This document shows positions 42,824 to 52,853 of a DNA stretch of 64,000 nucleotides, one piece after another. Position 1 is the first letter of the stretch, and every line of letters starts with the position of its first letter. The notes beneath the pieces are model-generated. The model did not search any database. It saw only the letters and a list, made by a program, of their open reading frames with translations, and was not told the DNA's origin. The translations under genes were made by a program, and so were the position numbers. Location of the stretch: contig CAJULZ010000001.1 of NCBI GenBank assembly GCA_910587205.1, positions 1,889 through 65,888 of the forward strand, in the 5' to 3' direction. Source of the stretch: an uncultured Oscillospiraceae bacterium (GTDB lineage: Bacteria; Bacillota; Clostridia; Oscillospirales; Oscillospiraceae).

Positions 42824-45376
42824 TTATCGACCGGCGATGCCGGTGTTGTTGATGAGGCGGTCCAGCGCCTCGTCGACGGCGGTCATCAGGCGGCAGGCGG
42901 CGGAGTAGGCCTTCTGATACTGCATCATATTCATGGCCTCATCATTCAGATCCACGCCGGACACGCCGTCCCGGCTGCTGTCCAGCTCCACCAGGGAACC
43001 ATAGTGGCTGTTGAGCTTGATGTTTTTGGTGCGCTCGTCGTCGCCCTCCACCGCCATCATGTTACTAAACATATCGTTGAAGGAGCCTTCAAACAGCTTG
43101 CTGCCCACGGCGTCGGGGATCAAGTCCTTGGGGTCGTACACAAGGGACTTTTCCACCATAGTTACCATGTGGTTGACATTCTCGTTCTGGGTGGTGTTGG
43201 GGAGAGGCTTCCCGTCCTCGCTAAAGAGCTGGACAAAGGTGGGAATGATCTTGATGGAACCGTGGCTCCAGCCGGCGGAGATAGAGATGTTGGCGGCGGT
43301 AATGCTGCCCTCAATGGTGTCCCGGTCATTCCGGTCGGTGAACAGCAGGCCCGTGCCTTCGGGAACCATCGCACCCTTTTCCGTCAGCACCCTGTCCATA
43401 TCAATCACGGGGTCACCTTTGTCGTCCAGAACCACGTTGCCGTCCGCGTCCTTGAGGGTGTAACCGTTGTTGATGAGGTTTTCCCGCTGGGCCGGGGTCA
43501 GGCCGTTGGTCTTGCTGATGGGGGCGTCGACACCGTCGGAGCCCTGGAGCATAATTTCCTTGCCGTTGGGGTCGATGTAATTCCCGTTCTGGTTGATCAT
43601 AAAGCCCTGGTTGAGTTTATTGTACTGGGTGGCAAACTGCAAAGCCAGCAGGTCCAGGGATTTCTGATAGTAAGGGATACCCCGCTTGGTAGCGGCGCTT
43701 TCATCAATGTTGTCCACAGTATCCTGGGTGGCGAACTCGCCCGACTCGGTAAGCAGCTCACGGGTGGCCTGGAGAGAGCCGTACAGGTCGTTGTCGTCCA
43801 GGTGAACCTCCTTGGAGTACTGGGTGACGGTGGTCACTTCATACCACTTGCCCTTGATCTGCATATAGGAGGTCTCGGTCTTGGTAGCGGCGTCCGGGTC
43901 GACTTCTGTCTTGTTTTGGCCGGGGGCCTCCGTAGTAAAGCCCGGGTTGACGGTGGAGATGGGGCCGACGGATAACTTGCCGCCGCCATCGGTGACGGTC
44001 AGCGCAGGCTGGGCGGCGGGACCGGTGGCGGAACCCACCTCGCCCTTGCCCTTGGCGGTGAACATGATATAGTTGCCTTTGGAGGAGATATCATAGTCCG
44101 CGTTGCCGGCGGCCTGGAGCTTCTGGGAGATGAAGGCGGCCAGCTTTTCCGGGTTGTTGGCGTCGGCGGCGGAAATATCCGTGCCAATGGTGTATACAGT
44201 GCCCGCCACCTCAAAGGTGTCGGCGGGAACGGGCGGGGTGGCGGCTGCGTCACCCGCGGACCAGGGGACGGTAGCGGGGTTGAGCTGGAAGCGGAAGATG
44301 GCGTTTGCGTCCACCTTGGTGCCCTCCACCTCGTGCCAGGTGGTCACGGGGTTGGTCCATTGCCGCCCCTTGGAATCGTACAGCTTGGAGATGGTAATGT
44401 CGTAGTTGGGGCTGTCCACCATGGTGGCGTCTCCGGCCTTTTCTACGGCCTGGTTTTCCTTGTCGTTCCAGAACGGCAGATTGTCCGGCCCGATGGGCTT
44501 GGTGTCGTCATAATCGGGGTTGGCCTTGGGAATCTGCATGGAGATCTGGGAGCCGTAGATGCCGTCAATGAGCATAGAGCTGTCGGTGGTGACATCGCTG
44601 TCCGGATTATCGTTGGCCAGGGTGATAGTCAGCTTTTCCACCTGCTGGCCCGCGCCGATATCCTCCATGCTGTAGACCACGTCGATGTGCATATACTCAG
44701 ATAGGGCGTCGATCTGGCGGTTGCGCTCGTCCCGCATTTCCAGGGCGTTGTCGCCGTGGATCTCGCTGCGGCGGATCTCCTCGTTCAGATTGCGGATATT
44801 GGTGAGGATCTCATTGACGGAGGTGATGTCCTTTTTAAAGGCCGCCTCGGTGTTCTGCCGCACGGTCTCCAGCTTATTGGCGTAGGTGTTGAACAGGCTG
44901 CACAGCGTCTCGGCGGACTTGCGGGCAAGGGTGTCGTTATCCTTATTGGCGTTCTCGCTCAGGCCGCGCAGACACTCGGCCAAATCCTGAAGCTGGGCGT
45001 ACAGGATGCCGTCCTGCTTGTCGTCAGAACCCTTGCCTACCTCGTCCAAGATGCTGGCGATCTGCTTCAGGCCGTCTACCATGGTGTCGTAATACCCCAC
45101 GTCGGAGCTGGTGTTCCGGTAGCGGATATCCAGATAGGGGTCCCGGATCTGGTTGATGCCGGTGACCAGCGCGCCGTTACCCACGTGGTTGTCCAGCTGG
45201 GAGCGGTACATATCCGCGCCGCCGGTGCGGAGGCTCACCTGGTCAATGCGCTGACGGGTATAGCCGCTGGTGCTGATGTTGGAGATGTTGTTGCCCGTCA
45301 CGCGCAGTCCGTGCTGGGCGGCATAGATGCCCAGCCGGGCGGTGGTGAAGGAATCAAATGTCCCAAGAGTACCCAT
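42824..45376 (-). CDS. flgK: Hook-associated protein 1 FlgK (large, 850 aa)
   Basis: L.VTGNNISN..T.GYTRQR, QIRDPYLD, RDERN..ID.LS and SGVDLNDEAMNMMQYQKAY.A motifs. Confidence 0.95.
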   Translation of the reverse strand: MGTLGTFDSFTTARLGIYAAQHGLRVTGNNISNISTSGYTRQRIDQVSLRTGGADMYRSQLDNHVGNGALVTGINQIRDPYLDIRYRNTSSDVGYYDTMVDGLKQIASILDEVGKGSDDKQDGILYAQLQDLAECLRGLSENANKDNDTLARKSAETLCSLFNTYANKLETVRQNTEAAFKKDITSVNEILTNIRNLNEEIRRSEIHGDNALEMRDERNRQIDALSEYMHIDVVYSMEDIGAGQQVEKLTITLANDNPDSDVTTDSSMLIDGIYGSQISMQIPKANPDYDDTKPIGPDNLPFWNDKENQAVEKAGDATMVDSPNYDITISKLYDSKGRQWTNPVTTWHEVEGTKVDANAIFRFQLNPATVPWSAGDAAATPPVPADTFEVAGTVYTIGTDISAADANNPEKLAAFISQKLQAAGNADYDISSKGNYIMFTAKGKGEVGSATGPAAQPALTVTDGGGKLSVGPISTVNPGFTTEAPGQNKTEVDPDAATKTETSYMQIKGKWYEVTTVTQYSKEVHLDDNDLYGSLQATRELLTESGEFATQDTVDNIDESAATKRGIPYYQKSLDLLALQFATQYNKLNQGFMINQNGNYIDPNGKEIMLQGSDGVDAPISKTNGLTPAQRENLINNGYTLKDADGNVVLDDKGDPVIDMDRVLTEKGAMVPEGTGLLFTDRNDRDTIEGSITAANISISAGWSHGSIKIIPTFVQLFSEDGKPLPNTTQNENVNHMVTMVEKSLVYDPKDLIPDAVGSKLFEGSFNDMFSNMMAVEGDDERTKNIKLNSHYGSLVELDSSRDGVSGVDLNDEAMNMMQYQKAYSAACRLMTAVDEALDRLINNTGIAGR

Positions 45377-45411
45377 AGCAAAAACTCCTTATACGGTCGA
45401 TCCGTCCCGTG

Positions 45412-45888
45412 TTAGGCGCGGAAATCGGTTTTCATGTTCTTCGGGGGCTCGATATTGGGGGCCTCATAACCGGCGGCAGCCAGCTTGGGGTCCACGCCGG
45501 CGGCAGAAATAACCTTCTCCACCTGGTGAAGATTGAGCTCCAACGTGCCCCTGGCCTCGTCGGCATAGGCGCGGTAGATGGCATAGGTCCGGCCCAAAGT
45601 GTCCGCCGTCTGGCGGGCGGCGTCTTGGAGATGCTCCGGATATGCCTGGGGCAAGGCGGACAGGCCGGTACCCTCCAGGCCCAGCTGGGGAACCAGCTTC
45701 AGCCGCTTCTGCTCCAGGCCCCGCAGATTCAGCGTCATGGCCTGCTCCTGCTTGAGCACCTCGTCCAGAGCGGTGAGGTCATTCCGGCGCACCGCGGCGG
45801 TTTTTTCCTGAGCCAGCTGGGAGAGCCGTTCCAGGGTAGCGCCCACTTCCCCCAGCAGGTCCAGGTAGGACAGGTAAAGCCCATCCAT
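45412..45888 (-). CDS. flgN: Flagellar export chaperone FlgN
   Basis: Helical protein with K.......D...L.....EQ......LE.KR. Lies between flgM and flgK. Confidence 0.85.
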   Translation of the reverse strand: MDGLYLSYLDLLGEVGATLERLSQLAQEKTAAVRRNDLTALDEVLKQEQAMTLNLRGLEQKRLKLVPQLGLEGTGLSALPQAYPEHLQDAARQTADTLGRTYAIYRAYADEARGTLELNLHQVEKVISAAGVDPKLAAAGYEAPNIEPPKNMKTDFRA

Positions 45889-46197
45889 TTATCTGCCCTC
45901 CCCGAGGAACAGCATCCTGGCCGCAATGGACATGGGGTCGGGGGTATACTGCCCATTGGCCACCTGCTGGCGCAGGGCGGTGATGTCGCCGGTGGTAGTG
46001 GCGGTGCGGACCTCCCGGGAGAGCCGGCTGACCATGTTCAAAAACTGGCCGTCCTGACTGGGAGCCGAGAGGGTGAAGCTGTCATAATTGCTGCCGCCGG
46101 GGGCAGCCAGGGCGCGGTTCTCCCGCCCTGCGGCGGTGCGGTATACCTTCCGCGGGGCGATGGGGGAAATTGCGCCGTAACCAGACGAAGTCAGCAC
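45889..46197 (-). CDS. flgM: Anti-sigma-28 factor FlgM
   Basis: D...LS and I..LR.QV.NG.Y..D...IA..M motifs. Preceded by a sigma-28 promoter. Confidence 0.88.
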   Translation of the reverse strand: MLTSSGYGAISPIAPRKVYRTAAGRENRALAAPGGSNYDSFTLSAPSQDGQFLNMVSRLSREVRTATTTGDITALRQQVANGQYTPDPMSIAARMLFLGEGR

Positions 46198-46251
46198 AGT
46201 AGCTCACATCCTTTTCTAAATCCAAAACCCATTTACGATCCACTAATTATT

Positions 46252-46278
46252 ATATCGGCAATACTGGCGGGAAGTTAA
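46252..46278 (-). promoter_or_regulatory. Putative sigma-28 promoter of flgM operon
   Basis: On the - strand: TTAA-N15-GCCGATAT. Confidence 0.85.
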
Positions 46279-46343
46279 GAAAAAGCAGGAAATTTCTTTT
46301 CTACCAACGGTTTGCGCCCTTTTAGGGGGAGGGCACAGAGGAC

Positions 46344-46385
46344 AAAAACCACCCCCCGGAGCGACGGGAAAGCTCCGGGGGGCGG
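46344..46385 (-). terminator. Intrinsic terminator after cheB
   Basis: 11-bp stem CCCCCCGGAGC/GCTCCGGGGGG followed on the - strand by TGGTTTTT. Confidence 0.7.
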
Positions 46386-46429
46386 ATCCCCACGAAATAA
46401 AAATGGAAACAGTTGGGAGGGAAAAGAGG

Positions 46430-47506
46430 TCAGCCAAGGGTTTTCAGGTGCCGCAGCAGCACATTCGAGACGTTGTCGCAGGACGCCTGGATCATGACGG
46501 CGCCGATGTTATACGCCACGCCGGGCATACCGTAGACCACGGAGGATTCCTTGTCCTGCCCAATAGTGTACGCACCCTTTTTACGCATCTCGAGCAGGCC
46601 GTGGGCGCCGTCCTGGCCCATGCCGGTCATGATGATGCCCACCATTTTGCAGGTGACTGTTTCCGCCATGGAGTAGAACATGGCGTCTACCGAGGGACGG
46701 TGGCCGCTGACCTTTTCCCCAGGGGTGCAGTTGACGGTGTACCGGGTGCCGATGCGTACCACCCGGCACTGCAAATCGGCAGGGGCAATAAGGGCCAGGC
46801 CCCGACGCAGCTCGTCGCCGCTCTGGGCTTCCCGCACCTCCATAGCGCACAGGCGGTTCAGGCGTTCGGCATACATCTTGGTAAAGCCGGGGGGCATATG
46901 CTGCACGATGACCATAGGGGGTATGTCGGCGGGAAGGCGCTTCATGACCGCCAAGGTGGCTTCGGTACCGCCGGTGGAGGCACCCAAGCCGATGATCACC
47001 CGGTCCAGGCCGGGGCCTCCTCCAAGCTTGGGGATGGGGCCGGCGGCGGCCAGGGCGGCGGCACCGGGCGCACCTGACACGGCCAGGGCGCCGGGGCGCA
47101 CCCGGGCGGAGGCGGCCATGACCACCTTTTGGGCCAGGGAGGCGAGAAAAGTGGTTTCACTAATGCCCTGGTCGGGTTTGCGCACGAAATCCACCGCGCC
47201 CACGGCCAGGGCATCGAATACCTTCAGGTTCAGGGAGGACACCAGGATCACGGGGATGGGGTGAGTAGGCAGGTATTGCTTGAGAAAATCGATGCCGCTC
47301 TGTCCGGGCATTTCCACGTCCATGGTGATGACGTCCGGCTTGTAGTGGGGGATTTTATTTTTGGCGTCCAAGGTGTTGATGGCGTAGCCCACCACCTCAA
47401 TCCTGGGATGGGCGGACAGACCCTTGATAATGAGGCTGCGGGCGACCATGGAGTCATCTACCACCATGACGCGGATTTTCTGTGTCGGGGTCACTGGGAT
47501 TGCCAT
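46430..47506 (-). CDS. cheB: Chemotaxis methylesterase CheB
   Basis: Receiver domain (VDDS, MDVEMP) plus the methylesterase motifs GASTGG, QHMP, HRPSVD and TGMGQDG. Confidence 0.96.
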   Translation of the reverse strand: MAIPVTPTQKIRVMVVDDSMVARSLIIKGLSAHPRIEVVGYAINTLDAKNKIPHYKPDVITMDVEMPGQSGIDFLKQYLPTHPIPVILVSSLNLKVFDALAVGAVDFVRKPDQGISETTFLASLAQKVVMAASARVRPGALAVSGAPGAAALAAAGPIPKLGGGPGLDRVIIGLGASTGGTEATLAVMKRLPADIPPMVIVQHMPPGFTKMYAERLNRLCAMEVREAQSGDELRRGLALIAPADLQCRVVRIGTRYTVNCTPGEKVSGHRPSVDAMFYSMAETVTCKMVGIIMTGMGQDGAHGLLEMRKKGAYTIGQDKESSVVYGMPGVAYNIGAVMIQASCDNVSNVLLRHLKTLG

Positions 47507-47580
47507 AGCAAGGGGACCCTCCTTTTTTAATAAGGATACCGGGCCGATCGGCATGTGCGGATCGGCCCGGCTGATCAGCA

Positions 47581-48426
47581 TTATTTCTGGAAGGTAGACG
47601 GGGCCAGCCGGTGGTAGGGCATATTTGCGCTGAGGTTCTCCGACTTGCTGATGAGCAGATAGCCGCCGGGAACGGTGGCGTCGTAAAACCGGCGGACCAG
47701 AGCGTCCTTGGTGGGCTGGTCAAAGTAGATCATCACGTTGCGGCAGAAGATCACGTCGAACTTACGGCGGAACTTGATGGGGTCCATCAGGTTGAAAGGC
47801 TGGAAAATCACATTGTCCCGTACCTTTTGGGCCACTTGGTACTGCCCGCCGGGCTGGGGGATAAAGTACTTCTTTTTCCAGTCTGCCGGGATGGTGTCGG
47901 GCAGCTCGTACACGCCCTTTTTGGCGGCGGTCATGGCCCGGTTGGAGATATCGGTGGCCAACAGCCGGGTGTCCCACTGGCTGGCCTGGGGCCCCAGGTA
48001 GTCGAACAGGAACATGGTGATGTTATAGGGTTCCTCCCCGGTGGAGCACCCCGCGCTCCAGATGGCCAGGGTCTTGTCCCGCTGGTGGCGCTGGACGATG
48101 TCCGGGATGATCTTCTGGCAGAACAGGTCCAGGTGTTCCTTCTCCCGCATGAAAAAGGTGTAGTTGGTGGTGAGCTTATCCAGCAGCAGGGTGATCAGGT
48201 CGTTGTCCTTGGTCTGGATGACCTGGTTGACAAAATCGCTGAAGCTGGCGTAGCCCCGCTGTTTCAGGGGGGTGGAAAGGCGCCCGGTGATGAGCTGCCG
48301 TTTCTGGCTCAGGTCGATGCCGTAGTTGGACTGGACAAACTTCACCAGCCGGTTAAAATCGTTATCCGAGATGGACAGGGCGGAAAAGGAACCGGAGCCG
48401 CCCGCTCCACTGCCTATGTTAATCAT
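47581..48426 (-). CDS. cheR: Chemotaxis methyltransferase CheR
   Basis: TTNYTFFMRE..H, WSAGCSTGEEPY, ATDIS, FDVIFCRNVMIYFD. Alternative start at 48444. Confidence 0.95.
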   Translation of the reverse strand: MINIGSGAGGSGSFSALSISDNDFNRLVKFVQSNYGIDLSQKRQLITGRLSTPLKQRGYASFSDFVNQVIQTKDNDLITLLLDKLTTNYTFFMREKEHLDLFCQKIIPDIVQRHQRDKTLAIWSAGCSTGEEPYNITMFLFDYLGPQASQWDTRLLATDISNRAMTAAKKGVYELPDTIPADWKKKYFIPQPGGQYQVAQKVRDNVIFQPFNLMDPIKFRRKFDVIFCRNVMIYFDQPTKDALVRRFYDATVPGGYLLISKSENLSANMPYHRLAPSTFQK

Positions 48427-48904
48427 GGGGCGCAAGCTGCTCACAGTCCAGCACCATCATAGTGCCAGAACCATCAGGCAGAGAGCACATCCCGCTGACC
48501 AGCATCTGAGTGCTGTTGGCGGGCAGGGGGTGGATATTTTCCTTGGGGATGTCCAGCATCTGATCCACGCCGTCCACCAGGATGCCCAACTGCACATCGC
48601 CCAAGTTAATCACCACCACCAGGTTGTCCTCCTCCCGGGAGGGCATGCCCATCCGGGAGCAGATGTCCAGGATAGGAATCATCAGGCCGCGCATGTTGAT
48701 AATGCCCCGGATGTAGCCGGGCACCATGGGCAGGTAAGTGATGACCTGGTTATTCAGGATCTCCACCACGTCCTCGGCGACCACGCCCAATTTCAGGTGG
48801 CCGGCCATAAAGATGAGGTACTTCTGGGAGTCCACCCCATCGTCCTGTGCGATGTTCAGGGCTTCCATTTCGTCCTCGCGGGCGAACAGGATCTCGTCGT
48901 TCAT
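48419..48904 (-). CDS. cheW: Chemotaxis coupling protein CheW
   Basis: V.EI.....IT..P..P.YI.GIINMRG..IP and GILVD.V motifs. Confidence 0.93.
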   Translation of the reverse strand: MNDEILFAREDEMEALNIAQDDGVDSQKYLIFMAGHLKLGVVAEDVVEILNNQVITYLPMVPGYIRGIINMRGLMIPILDICSRMGMPSREEDNLVVVINLGDVQLGILVDGVDQMLDIPKENIHPLPANSTQMLVSGMCSLPDGSGTMMVLDCEQLAPHD

Positions 48905-48919
48905 ATTCTTCTCTCCTTC

Positions 48920-50989
48920 TCACATACCCCGGGCGGCGGTATAGAGGCTGGCCACGTCCAGGATGATGCTGATGCTGCCGTCACTGCGCAGGGTACAGCC
49001 GTTGATGCCGTAGTTCTTTACGTTGAAGCTGTTCACATAGGCGGGCAGCTGCTTGACCACGACCTGCTGCTGACCCAGCAGCTCATCCACAAACAGGCAG
49101 TAGGAATGGTCCCCCGCCTCCAGCCAGATGAGCACGCCGTCCTCGATTTCGGTGCAGCCGTTCTGGAGCTGGTAGAGGTCCTTGGCTCGGACGATGGGGA
49201 CGAAGCTGCCCTGGCACTTGATGATTTCGCCGCTGCTGGAGTCGTGGATGACCTCGCCGGAGGTCACCTTCATGGTGGACTGGATGTTGTTGATGGGGAT
49301 GGTGAAAATGGAATCCCCTACAGCGACCTCCATGCCGTCCATGATCGCCATGGTCAGGGGGATGCGGATGGTGGTGGTCATGCCCTTGCCCAGCTGGCTG
49401 GAGATGGACACGGTGCCGCCCAGCTCCTCCACGCCGCGCTTCACCACGTCCATGCCCACGCCTCGGCCGGAGAACTCGGTGACCTCGGTGTTGGTGGAGA
49501 ACCCGGGGGCCAGCAGGAAGCTGAGGATTTCCTTGTGGCTATACTCCGCGTCGGGGGAGGCGATGCCCTGGCGGATGGCCTTGGCCAGCACGGCGTCGTC
49601 GTTGACCCCGCGGCCGTCGTCGATGATCTCGATGATGACCTCGCTGCCGGTGTCCCGGGCGGACAGGATGATCTCGCCCACAGGGTTCTTGCCCGCAGCG
49701 ATACGCTCCTCCTGGGTCTCCTCAATGCCGTGATCCATGGAATTGCGGATCATGTGCATGATGGGGTCGCCGATGGAATCCACAATGGTCTTATCCACCT
49801 CGGTGTCCTCGCCGATGAGAGTGAGCTTGGCCGGGCGGTTGAGCTTTTTGGTCATATCCCGTACGATCCGGTTCATTTTCTGGAAGGTACCGGAGACGGG
49901 GACCATGCGCAGGGACATGGACACATCCTGGAGCTCGTCGGTGAGCTTGCGCAGCTGCCGGGCGGACTTGGAGAAGGCGTCCAGCGCCAGGCCCTTCAGA
50001 TCGGGGGAAGAAGTGACCATGGACTCGGTAATGACGATCTCGCCCACCACGGCGGACAGCAGATCCAGCTTGCTCAGGTTGACGCTGATGAGCGTCTCCT
50101 TGGAGTGCTGTTGCTGCTGCTGAGCGGCCGGGGCCGCGGCCTTGGCCGCAGGGGCCGGCGCGGCGCTGGCGGCAGGTTCGGCGGCGGGGGCGGCCGGGGC
50201 GGGCGCAGGGGCGGGGGCGTGATAGTCGATGGGCTCGTAGCCCTGCACGGAGCCGGCGCCGGTGACCACGGAGATGGCGGCCTTGCGCTCCTCCTCGGTC
50301 TTGAACATCATCAGGAAACCCTGCTCAATAATGATCTCGGAGGTGGAGGGATCGGTCTCCACATTGGAGGGTTCAAAGGCGAAGTCGGCGGTCTCGCCGC
50401 ACACGTCCCGGACCGAAGTGACCAGCATGAAAGCGCGCAGGCTCTCCATGCCGCAGCCCTCCTCGAAATTCACCCGGAGGCGGCAGGGGTAATCTCCGCT
50501 GCCTGCGGCGGGCGCAGGGGCCGCCGGCGCGGGGGCCGCGGCTTTGGGCGCGGGGGCCGGTGCGGGTTCCGGCACCTCCTCACCCTTAATTTTAGAAATC
50601 AGGGTATTAATATTTGTAAGGAACGTGTCGATATCCTTATTAAGAGGCTCACCGGCTTCCACCTTCTCAACTTCGCCCCGGAAGAAGTCGATGGACTGGA
50701 ACACCACGTCGAACAGCGCGGGCCGGTTGTCCTCGGACACCACGGACATGGTCCCTTCCCGGATGATGAAGAACATATCCTCAATCCGGTGGGCCACGGT
50801 GGCCAGGGTGTCGAACTCCATCATGGCGGAGGAGCCCTTGATGGTGTGCATGATGCGGAAGATTTCGTTCACATTCTCCTGGGAGAAGGTGTCCGCCTTT
50901 TCCGCCTCCAGGACGATTGTCTCGAGCTGTTCCAGCAGAGTGCCGGTCTCGTAGATGTACATATCCAGAATTTCGTTTCCGCTGCCCAT
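48920..50989 (-). CDS. cheA: Chemotaxis histidine kinase CheA
   Basis: Hpt FRIMHTIKGSS, P2-like domain, dimerisation domain, HMIRNSMDHG, DDGRG, PGFST, SGRGVGMDVV and a CheW-like P5. Confidence 0.97.
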   Translation of the reverse strand: MGSGNEILDMYIYETGTLLEQLETIVLEAEKADTFSQENVNEIFRIMHTIKGSSAMMEFDTLATVAHRIEDMFFIIREGTMSVVSEDNRPALFDVVFQSIDFFRGEVEKVEAGEPLNKDIDTFLTNINTLISKIKGEEVPEPAPAPAPKAAAPAPAAPAPAAGSGDYPCRLRVNFEEGCGMESLRAFMLVTSVRDVCGETADFAFEPSNVETDPSTSEIIIEQGFLMMFKTEEERKAAISVVTGAGSVQGYEPIDYHAPAPAPAPAAPAAEPAASAAPAPAAKAAAPAAQQQQQHSKETLISVNLSKLDLLSAVVGEIVITESMVTSSPDLKGLALDAFSKSARQLRKLTDELQDVSMSLRMVPVSGTFQKMNRIVRDMTKKLNRPAKLTLIGEDTEVDKTIVDSIGDPIMHMIRNSMDHGIEETQEERIAAGKNPVGEIILSARDTGSEVIIEIIDDGRGVNDDAVLAKAIRQGIASPDAEYSHKEILSFLLAPGFSTNTEVTEFSGRGVGMDVVKRGVEELGGTVSISSQLGKGMTTTIRIPLTMAIMDGMEVAVGDSIFTIPINNIQSTMKVTSGEVIHDSSSGEIIKCQGSFVPIVRAKDLYQLQNGCTEIEDGVLIWLEAGDHSYCLFVDELLGQQQVVVKQLPAYVNSFNVKNYGINGCTLRSDGSISIILDVASLYTAARGM

Positions 50990-51028
50990 AAAAAGCACCA
51001 CCTCAGTAAATATCTTTTATCCTTATTA

Positions 51029-51056
51029 TTATCGGCAGGGCGCGGGGGAAAATTAA
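51029..51056 (-). promoter_or_regulatory. Putative sigma-28 promoter of cheA-W-R-B operon
   Basis: On the - strand: TTAA-N16 (or TAAT-N15)-GCCGATAA, about 40 nt upstream of cheA. Confidence 0.8.
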
Positions 51057-51093
51057 GTGGGTTTTCTAAGTTTTATCTCAGGGGTGTGAAAAA

Positions 51094-52521
51094 ATGGCCG
51101 ATCTTTTGGGCGCGACCAACCCGGTACCGGGTTATGACAATACGATCACCAACCGGAACATCCCGGTCTCGCCGGACAACACCCAGATCCAGAACGTCCC
51201 GGACCCCAGCCGGGTGACTGGGGCGGATAACCGCACCGAGCAGCAGGACAGCGGTCAGGCGGGGGCGGGGCAGATCCGGTACGACTCCAATTTCCAGACC
51301 TTCCTCCAGCAGCTGCGGCGGAGCCCGGGCGCTACCCAGAGCCTGTCCAGCCTGCTGGTGCGGGAGGGGACGGTGGTGGCCTCCGGCATGAGCGAGGGCA
51401 TCGCGGAGGAGATCTCGCAGGCCATGGCGCTGCTGAAAATGGACCAGGGTGAGCTGCTCCAGTTCCTTTCGGCTCAGATGAAGGCGGGTACCCGCTTCGG
51501 CGGCGCGCTGTTTGCCCTTTTGCGCAACGCTTATGCCCGGGCGGGATCGGACGGGGTGCGGGGAGACATCCTGGAATTCCTGAAAAGCTACAGCGATTAT
51601 TCCTCCACCGCCCACATCGAGGGGAACCTGGTGCGCAACCTGGCCGGGATGGCGGACGCCATGCCCGCCAGCTGGGGGGATAAACTGCGGGAGCTGCTGG
51701 CCCAGCTGGAAAACGGTATCGCCGCCGGAGACCGGCGGGGGAACATCGCCCTTTTGCAGCAGGAGGTATTCCCCTTCATGTCCGCATATGTCAGCCAGAC
51801 CCACGACATGGGTACGCCCCGGGAGCTGCTAAGCCTGCTGGCGTTGGACCTGGCCCGGTATGAAAACGGGTCGGAGGATAAGCTCACCGAGGCATTCCGG
51901 CAGCTGGCCGGATATGGGACCCTGAAGGGGATGCTGGGGGGGATCGACGACAGGGCCCTGCTCAAGCTGCTCCAGGGCAGCCAAGTGAGCAAGGACTCGC
52001 CCGCCGCCCAGTTTGCCGACCATCTGGCCGCCGCCGCGGCCCGGGCCCTCCGGGGGGAGGGCAGCGCCGAGGTACAGCAGACGTTCCGCAACCTGGTGTC
52101 CGCCATGCTCATCAATGAGAGCGTCTACATGCCGCTGAACCACCTGCTCATCCCTGTGGAGCTGGACGGGCGAAAGCTGTTTTCCGAGCTGTGGGTGGAC
52201 GCGGATGCGGAGGAGAAGAAGGGCGGAAAGGGCCAGGGGGAGAAGTGCATGCGTTTCCTATTCAAGCTGGACGTGCAGGATGTGGGGCTGTTTGACGTCA
52301 TCCTGACCAGCCGGGAAAAGGAAGTGGACGTGGCGGTGGCCTGCCCCCCCGGGGTGGCCCCCTTCTCCCGGCAGATCGAGCAGGCTGTGTCCCAGATCCT
52401 CGCCCGGAACGACTTGACCCCCGCGGGGGTGAGCGTGCGGAAGATGGAGCGGCCGGTCACGCTCACTGAGGTGTTCCCCAAAATCTTTGAAGGGAAGAAC
52501 AGTGTCAATGTCAAAGTATGA
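51094..52521 (+). CDS. Hypothetical protein with a FliK-like C-terminal domain (YlqG-like position)
   Basis: Helical body. C-terminal FKLDVQDVGLFDVILT....VDVAV resembles the FliK T3S4 strand pattern. Overlaps the FlhB-C-only gene. Confidence 0.6.
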   Translation: MADLLGATNPVPGYDNTITNRNIPVSPDNTQIQNVPDPSRVTGADNRTEQQDSGQAGAGQIRYDSNFQTFLQQLRRSPGATQSLSSLLVREGTVVASGMSEGIAEEISQAMALLKMDQGELLQFLSAQMKAGTRFGGALFALLRNAYARAGSDGVRGDILEFLKSYSDYSSTAHIEGNLVRNLAGMADAMPASWGDKLRELLAQLENGIAAGDRRGNIALLQQEVFPFMSAYVSQTHDMGTPRELLSLLALDLARYENGSEDKLTEAFRQLAGYGTLKGMLGGIDDRALLKLLQGSQVSKDSPAAQFADHLAAAAARALRGEGSAEVQQTFRNLVSAMLINESVYMPLNHLLIPVELDGRKLFSELWVDADAEEKKGGKGQGEKCMRFLFKLDVQDVGLFDVILTSREKEVDVAVACPPGVAPFSRQIEQAVSQILARNDLTPAGVSVRKMERPVTLTEVFPKIFEGKNSVNVKV

Positions 52522-52843
52522 CGGCAGACGCAACCCATCCAAGAAGGCCGTGGCCCTGCAATATGAGGCGGGGGACGGCGCGCCGGTGATCGTGGCGTCC
52601 GGCATGGGCTATATGGCGGAAAAGATCGTGGAGGTGGCTGCGGACAGCGGCGTGCCCATTTATGAAGACAATTCCCTGGCGACCATCCTCACCCAGCTGA
52701 AGCTGGGGCAGGAGGTGCCGGAAGAGCTGTACCGGGCGATTGTGGAGATCTATGTGTACTTCTTGCAGTTCGACCCCGGCAAGGCGTCGGACAACGGAAA
52801 AACGGGGCAGACCGCCGGGAGCGGCGGGGCCCGGGAGGGATAA
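52508..52843 (+). CDS. FlhB C-terminal-domain-only protein (FlhX/YlqH-like)
   Basis: KAVALQY....AP.IVASG.G..AEKI...A....VPI.ED..LA..L...LG.EVPEELY. No TM segment and no NPTH. Confidence 0.88.
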   Translation: MSKYDGRRNPSKKAVALQYEAGDGAPVIVASGMGYMAEKIVEVAADSGVPIYEDNSLATILTQLKLGQEVPEELYRAIVEIYVYFLQFDPGKASDNGKTGQTAGSGGAREG

Positions 52844-52853
52844 GGAGAAGAAC

